Origin: Raillietiella orientalis
Taxonomy: Eukaryota
Direction: 5' to 3'
Assembly (NCBI GenBank): GCA_036172245.1
Contig: JAYWIR010000019.1
Span: forward strand, 1,364,001-1,428,000
Length of the DNA stretch: 64,000 bases
The notes under the pieces were generated by a model. That model was not told the origin of the DNA and did no database searches. It saw only the letters and a program-made list of their open reading frames with translations. How positions within the stretch are numbered: the first letter of the stretch is position 1; every line of letters begins with the position of its first letter. Of the stretch, positions 12,141 through 24,259 are shown in pieces. Both the position numbers and the translations under genes were made by a program.

Positions 12141-13923
12141 TATATATTGCAAGGACAACCGCTCCTTAAGGAACAAAGCAACTGTACAGGAATAAAAGAA
12201 ACGGAGCAACAGCAAGGCGAGACAATGAAAAAATCCCAATTTCTGAAAGTTTACTGACGAATCTTTCATTATTTTGGAGGGCAGAAAGCAAAAACAAGCA
12301 AAAAAGGAAAAACACTTGTTGAGTGTCGCCTCAGAAAGCCCGCGCGCGCATTCATCTTCCCAGACACTTCTTGGGCAGATTGGGAGAGCGTTCGAATGTT
12401 CGTATGTGCTACGGGAATGTCCGAGCATCCAGCCAGAAAATTCTTGCTTTTCTAGGTTCGTTTTTTATTTTTATTTTTATTTTTTCCCCTCCCTCCATCC
12501 CGGCCGCTCGCCGTCGGACGCCCCGTTTACGCTTCGAGCTTCGAAGCGGATGGAGCAAAGCGCGAGGTCCCATTCTCCCTGCAGAAGCAGCAGCAAGCCT
12601 CCGCCGCATTGGCTGGAGCGGATGTGGAAATGTGGCCGGCGGTTGGGTCGTCAGCAGATCACTGGATTCCGGTAATTGTAGGTGATCCGTAGGTCCCTAC
12701 ACTGAAATTATGGTAACTCCCTGGGGTCTCTGCTATACTTTCCAGGAGAAGAAGGGAAAAAAAAGAAACCGTGAGCGGTCGGACGGAAGCTTATAAGGAG
12801 AAGTAGGACCCGATGAACGAGTGGTAAAGGTCACATCCGCAGTTCCAGGTTTATGCCGTGGACCACAGCGTGTCCGTGTGCTCTGCAAATGCACGCTTCA
12901 CACTCCACTCCAGGTGTTGAGAGGCGCTCTTCCTTCTTTGACCATCCCGTGCTTGTACACTCGTAAAACGCCAGCCATGTAGTTTCGGCTCTCGTTCTGG
13001 TGGTCACTTCCGCGTCGGACGAGGCTCCGAATGGAAAACATGCCGATCCTTATTACCTCGATCCGAAGCTCCAACGACCCTTTCCGGGAGAGATTAAACA
13101 TCGCCTGCGAATGAAGGATTCTCAAATGAGGCCTCGCGTACTGTTAACCGCATTCCCTCGCTCTTGAAGACATCGATCGAGACATCCCACAGATCGAAAG
13201 CGGGAAACCATCCGGCCGGGCGGAGGGAGGGAAGAGAGGTCACCGGCCGTTCGATCACCGATGGGTGGCCGCAAGAATGAAGCCAGAGATCAGGAACTCG
13301 GACCCAAACGGAAGCCCCCGTGACCTTTCCTCCAATTATCCCTCTTTTTTTCCACCACGGTTTGTGATGTGGAGATGCGTATCTTCTGGGACTTGTGCAC
13401 CTGACCAGAACGTCCGAAAGCACTCCAAGAAATTCGCTCTTTGCGTCCCGCCTACAGGAAACTCAACACGGCAAATTGCAGAAGACAAAAAAGAGAGAGA
13501 GATCAAAGGCCCTGATTGGAAGCCGCAACGATCTCAGTCGTATTTTGTAGCACAGCCTAAGCCAAGATTTGAAAACTCTGGGAAGCAAACAAGAGCGGGA
13601 TGATTTCATCCGAAGAGCTCCAGGATCGCTCTCTTCCATGGATGCAGCGTAAATGGCAGCTGTGATGAGACGGCATTATCAGGAAACTGAGGATGCTATG
13701 CAGCGAGAGAATAGGACAGCTATCGCAGATTTGATTTCCTCAAGATATCATCCGCGATGCAGAGATGAATACGCAGCTGGACCGATTGCCCCAAGAAAAA
13801 TTCCCTTCTGAAAGCGTGAAAAATCGAATCTCTGATCTCGATCTATTCTCTCCTCCATCTACAGATTCATCTTCGAGTGATTTAAACAGTAGCTTTTACG
13901 AAAGCTGCATTTGATGAGATGAG

Positions 13924-13966
13924 ATTGATTTTATCTGTAGGTTGCTAAGCTACAGATAAAATCAAT
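13924..13966. repeat. Perfect 17 bp inverted repeat with 9 nt loop
   Basis: attgattttatctgtag-gttgctaag-ctacagataaaatcaat. Confidence 0.95.
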
Positions 13967-16900
13967 GCGTTTGGGTAAACTGCTGAGTGAAACGGAATCG
14001 ATCATTTCGTGGACCAGGTGAGTATATGCAGCTTTAGAAGAAAGTTCCCACGCTTCAAACGAGGTTGGCTCCCTCGGACGCAGTGTTATCATATCGACGA
14101 AAGGGATGGTGAAAATCACCATCCCTTTCGGGATTGCCATGGGAATCGACCACCAAGAAAGCGCCAGCGGACTGGTTTCGAGAAAATCTGAAGGCCAAGG
14201 GAAGCAAAAGGACGGAGGTTCTGGAAGGGATTGGAAGAAAAATGAAAGTTTCTCCTCGCGAACGGGCGAGATGGCGCATGACGATGGAAATGATCAAGAG
14301 AAGAATCGAAGATCCTTACCCTCTTGCTCATACCGGGAAGTGGCAGGCAGAGATCCGAGCGGATATCTCCGCATATTTCCCTCTCCTTTTCTTTCTTTCT
14401 TTCTTTTTTCCAGATCGAGAAAATTAGGAAAATGCGCTGATGATTGAGCTGATGGGGTAAAGAGTGAAAGTAAAGAATCGCAGTCTCTGATTGGATTTTT
14501 CAAGCGCCCGATTTTCCAAAAATGCCTGGCGCTCCACAAGGGATTATCGCTCAATAAAATAAGCAAATGACCAACGTCTCTTTTAAAAGGTAATGATAGG
14601 CAATCTTGAAAGGGATTAAACCCCTCCTGGATCCTGACCAATAATCAACGCGTTCTTGTGCGATGGCCTTGGAGAAGAAGAGGGTAAGTGATTTTCCCAC
14701 ATGGCTCCGGCATCCTCACGTCACAAATATGCATGACGATGGCGCCTCCTTTCCAAGTTGACTTCATGAGCAAAGCCTGCGAATCCATCTGAAGGCGAGC
14801 CGAAATCCTAATCCATCTGAAGAGGAAGCCCTCTGAAGACGATCCGAATCCGAATATCCTCCTCGACGGTTTTCTCTTACCGGGTGCACGTTGACGTTTG
14901 GAGCATTCTCTTAGGGAAGCCTGCCTGCGTTAGCGGAAACATGACCAAAACCGAGGAACGGAATGCTTTTCACACCGATAACCCCTCACATACGCGGGCC
15001 AGGAGGCGTGAACAGGATGACTTCCTTCCTAGACCTTCTGGGTCAAAAGACATCCATCAGTAAAAGAAGGCGTCCTTGGAATCCTTCCTAGGAGCGCCAA
15101 ACCACGGCAGGTTCGACGTGAATTGGGTCGGCAAGAGCACAGCAGCCGACTAAAACGGAAAACGGAAACGGTGCTGCTGCTGGTGCTGTCCAGCGCATTC
15201 CCGGATGGAAGTTCTTGAGAACTTTCCAGTCTGAGCGCCGAGCTCCACGTCGGAGAGTAAATCACGCGCGTCATCCCCGCATACGATGCACCGCGGAATA
15301 CGTAAACCCGTATCCTCAGGAGGAATCAAATTCTCATTCGGCACAAACATGAAAAATCATGCAAACGCAGAGGTGAAAACCTCCGAGAAACGGGATGGAA
15401 ACATTACACCCTCCTCCTCTGGAGCCGCTCTTTAAAAAGACATTAATTTCCGATCCATCTAATCTTTCTCCAGACAGACAACCCCCGTGCTGATGCATTA
15501 TGCATCACGGGGAAATCAGATCTCGATGATGATGATGGACTTGAAATATCCGGATTGAAATGCATGGTAGGCCGCTGAGATTAATAGGGCATGCACACTC
15601 CGGAAGAGGAAAACGCGTTCATCCGGAACCTGGTGGCAAGCCCCTCGGTTTGGAAACACGGGGAGAGTCGCTGGGCTTCCGCAGGCCGTATCCACAGCAA
15701 ACTCGAGCTGCTCTGCGTGCAAAACCGGCGTCTCACTCACTTCCGCGGATGCCGAAGACGCTGCAATCCCGGGTTCGGAAGTCTGACCTGCGGCCGTCCG
15801 CTGGAACGACCTGCAAAGCACTTCGCAATCCTCCAGCACGGTGGTCCGGTGTCGACGGAGGTTCTCTTCGCCGTCGCCGCTCGACACGGCTGCCTCCCCG
15901 GAAACCGTTTCGGCGAAACCGGGGAGCGGCATCTGCCTGATCCGATCCCGACCGAGGAGCTAAAGACAGGGTTGCTACGCCCGCTTCACGCCAACGGATG
16001 CGCCAACGCTTTGGATAACCGAAGGTCCTGCTTGGGACTCCGGTCCTCTCTAGGCACAATCACGTGTTTACGCGCTCCATCTTTTTTTCCCTCGCTGGAC
16101 GAAAGGCACGCACGCACGCACACAACTGTTGCTTGCAAAGCCGAGATTCCCTGAAAGCCAGAAAAGATCCCTCTTAAATCGTCGAAAGAACAATCCATCA
16201 GATATCTTCGTCTTGATAGCACCACGGTTCGTGCATGCCAGAAATATAAATTCGGAGACAAGTACGAAATTAGGGAACGTTTCAAATTCCATTCCCTGAA
16301 TGGAATTTGAAATTCCTGGATGCCTCCCGGAAAACGCACGTGACAGCGTCTTATTATGAATTAATGGCTGCAATATCGCTCACAGGGTGATTTTCAAATC
16401 TCACTCTGAACGAATACGGAAGCGAAATCTGGCTGCCGGGATCATTTTTCAAAATTCAACGTCTACCTTCCCATGCAATGATGTTTGCTCAAGATTGCTT
16501 TCATGCAGCACAGGACAAAAAACGGGCCCCTCACCCCCTCCCCCTCCCTCTTAACGTTTCGTAAACGATCCAGTAGTTGTCCTGCCAGGGGAAGGCGGCC
16601 GTAGTGGACCGGGATGGCCGAGCAGGGTCTCGCGTTCGCAACACCAGAAGAAGAAAAAAAAATAACAAATAAAAACAGCCCTGCGCGTTTTTCCAAGAAC
16701 GGAACCTCAGTTTCCGAAGATGTGAAATCTGGGATGTGAGACCACATAAGCGGGACCGGAAAAGTAAATCGATTGAGAGAGGATGCGCAGGGCTTTCTCT
16801 GCCCGAGCGTTCCAGACTAATGTGCACCTCGATTAGGTCATCCTGCAGCTTTCTTGGAGCTCGGATTTGTTTTCATCCTCGCAGTTTACATGCTGTACGT

Positions 16901-17331
16901 CTGGTTTTAAGGCTGCCGCTGTCTTTTTTCCTTTTTTTTTTTTCTGGTTTTTCCGGTTCCGACTTCTGCATTTCCCCGAACCACCCTCTTTTCGCTGACG
17001 TCCCCTTTGTCAGGTGAGCGCATTCTACATGCAGACAGCGAAAGAACGACTTCCGTCCCAAAGAACGTCCAAAGAACGGTTTTGGAGCAGAAAACCAACA
17101 GCGCCTTCAGGTTCCAAAAATGTTCCCACAATCAATAAACACCTTCAGGAGATGCTTACATTTTGCAGCACAAGAAATATCATTTCCCATATCGTAGAAT
17201 ATTAAAACTGCATGAAATAAATAAATAAGTACTATTAATAAGTATCATTTCCACTTGTTTGGCTTTGGCAATGACAAAAACGAAAATACTCCACCACTGC
17301 AAGCCTCGAAATCGCATGTGCCGCGGTCACT

Positions 17332-17349
17332 TCACGTCACCGTGGCAAC
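17332..17349. promoter_or_regulatory. Overlapping CRE-like and RFX X-box-like motifs
   Basis: tcacgtca overlaps GTCACCGTGGCAAC, which fits the X-box consensus GTNRCC-N(0-3)-RGYAAC. No downstream gene confirmed. Confidence 0.25.
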
Positions 17350-18428
17350 GGCGAAGCGTTCGCTCGTTTGAATGATTGCAGACGGACCCTGTGCACTGTT
17401 CCCAGTGATTCTACGGAAACATGCAAAAGAAATGGCACAACCCTGTCAGCAACCAGAGACTGGAAGCCCTGCAAATGAAAATACAACAGAAATGGTAAAA
17501 CATCGGGCAGAGATTACAAACAATTTATACGCAACAAATGCTAAAGACTAGATCACACGCACGCACACACAAAAAAAAAACAGCCCTCCCCCCTTTCCCT
17601 CAAAAGAAAAAAACATAAAAACTAACTGCAAACTGGGAATTACCCTTTATGAGGCGCAAGAAACATCTCTCCTTGGAAATAATCATGGACTCGCTCAAAG
17701 AGCTCTACTGCATAAATCTGCTTGTCCGTACATTAATAGGGAAAAACATTGTGTAACTGGATCAAAGATTCCGGAAGGCAAAAAAGACTAAACACCGAAA
17801 GCCCTCGAAAACAACTAAATGCAAAAGCAAAAACACACACACACATATCCCCTACAGGACACTGGCTGGAAGAGCACGTTCAGAGCAGAAACCCATATCC
17901 CCACAAACTCCCATCGTGAATCCAGACTTCTGCAGAAAAGGATAAACAACGCAATCCGCGGATTTCCAAGCTCCCATGGAAAACCCTACAGTCCACTCAG
18001 TTCTGCAACCTGGAACGCAAGAATAAGAATGGAGTCGAATAATTCAAACACCTAATAAACGAAAACACTCGTTTTTGGTGTGTGTGTGTGTGTTTTCTTC
18101 TCTCTTTTTGGAAAGGTCGCCCCCACTGCTTTCAAAAACACCCGTGCAGGTGATCCCTGAAGTCTGCCTATCTGCTTTTAGCAATTCCTATTCCATTTCG
18201 TATTGAATGCTCGCGAGATTTCATTCTCTAGAGGAACTGCCTCTTCTATGATTCAGCTCCATTCCGCACAAACTGCGCTGTCGGTCCAAATTACTTTCGT
18301 GCCGTCGCATCTTTGGCGGTGCCGTCTTCACGCCCTGTGGTCGATGCCTTCACCTTGAGGATTAACTAAACTGCAGAAACCCATGCTCGATAGCCAACCA
18401 CTCGCCACTGTTTAAATCTCCCATCTCA

Positions 18429-18488
18429 GCTATCCCAACTCCAAAGGATGGCCTAGTTACCTAGGCCATCCTTTGGAGTTGGGATAGC
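18429..18488. repeat. Perfect 28 bp inverted repeat with 4 nt loop
   Basis: gctatcccaactccaaaggatggcctag-TTAC-ctaggccatcctttggagttgggatagc. Confidence 0.97.
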
Positions 18489-21400
18489 AACTCTCTGGAG
18501 AACTCTTCCATGTTCCAAACATCCAAAATACCACGTGCTTTCCCTTTTCCTGATGTTCGTACGATTATCCACAGAGAGCGAATTGGAGTCAACTTCCTTC
18601 CTTCCTCCTGCGGTCACCAGTCAAGCAGCTCAAGGTTTGATCGAGATTCAGAACGATCCGATCGAAAGAATGCCACTGAACCGGGGACGGAAAACTTACG
18701 GCTTTATAACTTACTAACTCCAAAGAATCTCCCGAATTTCCTTGACTGGATCATATCTGACAGGTGAAAGTCGAAAAGTCGCTGCTTTGCTAGTGATTTT
18801 CCGACCAGTCGGCTTCCATTTTCGCTAGCGTCCACGCTTGAGCAAGCGGAAATGGTTCCCTCGGCGATCCCTAGATTTCGAGGTTTAAGGTCATTACTGC
18901 CTTCCGGGACGACTTGTTTCGTCACTGCCAATGAACGCAGTCAGCTCAGGACGAAAGCACCATGCTTTAAATCTACCCGCTTGTCAAGATCAAAGAAGCA
19001 TTTTTATTCCTCCCAAATCACCGAACGCTCGCTTTTCCCCTAGCGGAATGTAGGGAGCCGACTATCTGAACTGCAATTTCAAACACTCTTCGATGATTCA
19101 TTCAAGACTGGATGCTTTCGATTCACATTCTGCTGTGAACACTTCAGTTGCTTCGCTTCAATGAACCAGAAACACCATTCCTTCGGAACTGACCGTAGGC
19201 TAAACCTACTGGCGTTTCTCAGAGTCCGAGGGAATGATGGCCGCTCGATCTGGTGGGCACGGAGACCAGCGGCTGCCGAAATGCCCTCGTCCTCTACCAG
19301 TAGACTTTTCTGCAAAGTGCAAGAGTGCAACGACAGAGTGGATCCCGCGACCGAATGTAAAAGTGTTCCCGTAGTGACACGACGAACTGCTGAAAGCTCC
19401 CTACGGGAAACATGGTGACTCTTTTGGGAAGCAGGCTAACCAGTGCCGCGAATACAAATTTTGCGGGAGGCAAGGGGAAACGGCTCATTGGAAATGTCTC
19501 CGTGCACCTACATCGAAGAGGATTCACCAAGAAAATGGAAGAATTCGGACTCTACCAATTTTTTTTTTTTTTTTTTTCATTTATCATTCGATGGACGGCA
19601 CCCATTACAAACCAAATACTCGGAAGGCTCGCAAATTTGTTAGGAAACAGTGTGAATATGCACACACACACACACAAAAAAAAAAGCCATTTGTAACCGC
19701 TGGAACCACCAAGCGTGATGGAAAAACTTTTCGAGATGGACGATCATGTAGCACGGTTTTCGCCCCCGGAGATTCACCCGGATCTCTTTGAACCTCTGCA
19801 CGCGCCCCACTGGGCAAGCAAACCAGGACGGAGGGCAATGCTGGGCCGTGGTGCTCGCTTTCGCTGCCTTTCTTGCCGGAACACCGGGAAACCTGGAGAG
19901 CGGAAATTCTTCAAATTCAACGGGAACCAGTTCCGTCCAAAGATTTTCCTGTTTCCTTAAATGCAAGCTGATCGTGATTTCGCTGAACCCAATCAGGTGT
20001 GAATAATTAATGGTGCTGTCGTAATTATTCGTTTGCATGCGACTCGGGCCGGTTTCCTTTTTCGTAGAGTCCAGACGGAGTCAAACAGAGTCCAGACGAT
20101 CACAACACTCAAGTATTCTCTTTGTACGTCTTGTTCCTGGAATTCTTGAGAGTTGCTTTCTTGAGAATGGCTCGTGGACAAGTCTTGAGTTAGCAGCTTT
20201 ATCCAGACTGAGGCATAGAAAAACGCTCTACGCAGCCTGAAGGAGATTTAAAGGATCGATGTTTTATACTTTAACGTGAATATATATACCCTTACGTGAG
20301 TTAGTTATCTTTAGGGAAAGAAAATGTATCCTCCAACTACCCTGATCACCATGGGGTCGTCTTGAGAACCGAATCGGTGAATGTGTGAAACTCCAGTGCT
20401 TCCCTGATTATTTCTATCTTCCCATCGATCTTTATTCCCTGATTCATCTCTATTCCAAACCGATCAACGCTGCTCTAAACCACCTTCAACTCACAAGAGT
20501 ACTCTCTGAATCTGTTTCTTTTCATATCCATTCTAAAACGTTACAGAACGCATTTTTGTCTAAAAAAAAAAATTGTCGCTACTGTTCATCTGCTGCAAAA
20601 TAACACAAACAGAACTTTGTCACTGATTTACATTCTATGAAAGGGCATTTACTGCCAATGTTCAAGTAAACTCTCCGCTCTTATGGAATGACACTGATTT
20701 GCAAAAACCTGCATCTAACTTAGTAATTCTCGTGGCCTAGCCTTATGTCAGACAAACAGGCAAAGCTTTTTTAAAGTTTCTGCATGCACTTTATTAACTG
20801 GTCTTAATGGTGTACAAAATTGCATTTCCACCATAAAATCAAAGTCATAGGAAAATCAGTTTGTTTCATTGCTTGCAAATGGTATCCACAAATGAGCAGC
20901 TCCTTGGAGATTCTAAATGGATCTTCAAGCATGTGATTTCATAATGCAACCTGAGTACTCCAGTCATCTCTCAGAGTACAAGTGGAGTTCAAAACTAATC
21001 TTTTTCAGAACACTTTCAAAACATTAACATGCTGAGCATTGCATCTTTAATTGTAATCTGCAGAACTTTATTGGCCAATATATTCTAAACTCCATGATTT
21101 TTAAAAACCTTTATTTCTTTTGCAGAAACAATTAATTACAGTTCTTTTATAGGATCAGCATGATGCAAAATGGGACAATATGTTATTTAACTAATGGCTT
21201 CAGTCATATTTGATACATGAATTACCGATAGAGTGATTACCTGATTGGATACAACATATATGATGGAAACACTAAGCGTGATAATAGTAGATTGATCAAA
21301 AGGGATAGATGTACGCATAACACTGACCAGAGGGTATATTCAATCAGAAAAAAAATACTTTACACATCAAATTTTCTTGAAGACATACAGAAAATCATAG

Positions 21401-21720
21401 ATGAATACATCCAGCACTTCTATGAATACTTGATCACATACACAGATAAGGGGTGTTTCTTGATGCACCTTGCAAAAATTCGAATAATCTTTGCAAAAGC
21501 TGTAATGAACTTCCACTTGATTCATAAAACCTGATCAACACAATTGCCTTGCTCAGCAGCTTAGCCATGTAAAACTTGCGCTTCACACAAATTCAAAATG
21601 AAACTACAACTTGTTCCTTGAGATCAGTGATTTAGATGCACAGTTCTAATTCATGACTGATGAATTCAGAAATGTACTTATAAATGTTACTGTTCAAAAA
21701 GTTCTAACAATTCACAGAAA

Positions 21721-23648
21721 TCACCGTGATGACTGACTACTATCTGAATAACAGGCTCCAAACCAATCATGGATCTGCAATGCCTGACAATCCAGAGAGG
21801 ATAAGTCAAGCAAAACCGCAGTGGAAGTATCAGCGAATTTAGGCAAGGAAATCAGACGAACTTCCTGGCCCCCTTGACCTTTGAAACATCTTCATAGATC
21901 ACTAATTACAATGTCCATTTTTACCTTTCCACATGCATGTCTGGAAAACTGATTGATTACCTACAAATAAAACGTTGGGGCACTGCTGGATAATGAAGGG
22001 ATCTGACTTCAGAAACGGACAACAACCTAAACAAAAGTGAAAATGAAAATGATGCTTGCAGTTCACATTAAACCATGTGAGCTATACGAACCTAATGTGT
22101 CTGGACAAGTTGGAGCCAAATGACCCCATTCTAACATCTTTTCTAGAATTTTTAAGGAATCATCTAAACAACTGTACTTCCTCATATCATTAACATTCTG
22201 CCCTGATGTTCCCAGCAGCCGTATCCCATCTAGCTGACAATCATATGGATTGCTAACTAGATGCAACTTCATGCTTGCATTACTCAATGGGAGAAGACAT
22301 GTATGCAAGGGCTGCTGTGGCAGGTGAAAGTTTGTTGGATCAAATTCCCCAGGCATCAGATCCACATCCATAACATGCTATCATCATTATGTGAAACTAA
22401 TTGTGCTTCAGAAGTGTACCGTCATCTGGAGAAGAAAGTCATCTAACAATTTTATACCCGCAACACTTTGAACATCTTGATCCCTGCTAAGGTACTTGGG
22501 TTTGCAGTCCCATTCTTCATCTTGAACACAGCATTTTACTGAATTGCCTACAAAACATTCATGACCAAAATTTTCAGACTTGCTAACCAGCTATGATAAC
22601 TCGCGAAATCCCTTTGAATATATCTTCAAATGGACTCACTCCACCAATGAAATCAGCAAGCAGCTGCAAGCACATGAGATGATCTGCACTCCCAGTCAAA
22701 CCCATTCCAGATAGCATCAACACGTATCTGATAGATCTATTACATCAAGACAAAAATGTTGATTAACCTTTTTGTTTGCAGCAATGATTTAGGCATGTAT
22801 AGACCTGGACCAGCATAAATAATTTGTTCCACATGAAATCTTCCTCCTTCTAATTCTATACCGTAAACTCCCAATGTTACACCTATCCACAATTAGTATT
22901 TACCAGATGAAGAACGAAAGTTACCATTCACAAATACTGCTACATCAATGTTTCCAACTAAATGAACTCTTTGAAGCTCATCCTCCAAAATGATTTCATC
23001 ATCATCTGCCACAAATCTGCTCATATGTGGTTGTATAGAAAGTTGATGCTACTGCAAAATGAATATTTTTTTCTTACATTGGTAAAATACCTCATCACTA
23101 ATTTCCTTCAAAATACTAGGTTTTAATCTTTGGTGTTTGCATATAATGCCAATGATAATACATTTTTCGCTGCAATCATCATTAAGTTCATTCAATTTCT
23201 TAATAGGGACATGTTCTAAAAAATGTCAAATGAAAACAAAGGAAAAAAAACTGATGCACACAGGAATATATACATTTATTTATCATCTGATAAGTGGCAA
23301 CCAAACTGTCAAAAATTATATGTAAAATGTATAATGTTCAGTTGAAAAGATACTTAACCTAGCTGTTGCGCTGCCTGTTCTGCAATGATCCTTTTCATTT
23401 CAGCTAAACGGACTGCATAATAAGGTGCATACTGTGCATCATATGATCTGCTGCTGGTCATAAATCTGACAAAATCGGCCATAGATAACCCATTGGAACA
23501 AGACTTATTTCGAAAAACGCATTTGCATGCTGTATATTGAAATCAAAGCCTTTCAAAGATTTAAGGATGCAAAAAAAAAGTACCTTTCTGAGTAGTCCTT
23601 CCATTCTAAACCATTATGTACACCCTTAGATGTGTTTGGTAAAATCAT
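21721..23648 (-). CDS. POLD2: DNA polymerase delta subunit 2 (p50, B subunit), 10 coding exons, 449 aa
   Basis: Hand-spliced minus-strand exons: 23648-23584, 23465-23359, 23215-23091, 23048-22925, 22882-22768, 22727-22588, 22547-22420, 22377-22092, 22026-21925, 21878-21721. All introns are GT-AG, the total is 1350 nt, and the frame is open to TGA. Peptides match POLD2 family motifs in order: [143 protein letters not shown]. The start codon is the least certain part. Confidence 0.96.
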
Positions 23649-24236
23649 TACTACTGTTACGATTAGGATAAGCTATTCACAAAACATGCTATCACTCCTG
23701 CAAAAAGCAGCAAAGAAACAACTTTCAATAAACCCTTTATAAATACACTTCACAAAAGACCATATTTTGCAATTCATTATCCTTCAGCATTTTAGTTAAG
23801 TGTAACAAAGTCACGAGCATTTTACTCATGTAAAAGTTCAGCCATCAATCTCAGTATTCAGTGCTTCGACCACCCTTTTTGTTGTCTTCAGCATACTAGA
23901 ACTTTACTACTGAACTCTGAATTCAAGACCTGACTAACCGCGTCTCCGCTGAAATGACCAGTGTTGCATACAGCCAAAGGCAATACATCAGCTTGCAACG
24001 AATTGCAGTGTTGACTTCTATTACTGTTGGCTTATTGCAACTTAATTTCAAATACGATGGTTCTTTCCATATGCTTGGGAACAGTAACCGATACGCGCCA
24101 CATTTGCAGCTTCACATAAATGCACAAAGAGGCTCTTTTAGTTCCACGATGCAAGGCATACTCCATAAACAACAAATGAACCACACTTTTGTTAATAAGG
24201 AAAAGTAACGTTAATGATTCATAACATGCACTTCAC

Positions 24237-24259
24237 TTTGAATTCTTCGCGCGTTGAAA
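24237..24259 (-). promoter_or_regulatory. Candidate E2F/CHR-like cell-cycle promoter element upstream of POLD2
   Basis: tttgaattcttcgcgcgttgaaa: an isolated TTCGCGCG core flanked by TTTGAA/TTGAAA about 600 bp upstream of the start codon in CpG-poor DNA. E2F control is typical of replication genes. Motif evidence only. Confidence 0.35.

Noticed and set aside
20250..21700. Second multi-exon gene downstream of POLD2
   Set aside because: Trial splicing on both strands gave stops and no recognisable protein; better explained as 3' UTR or intergenic DNA.
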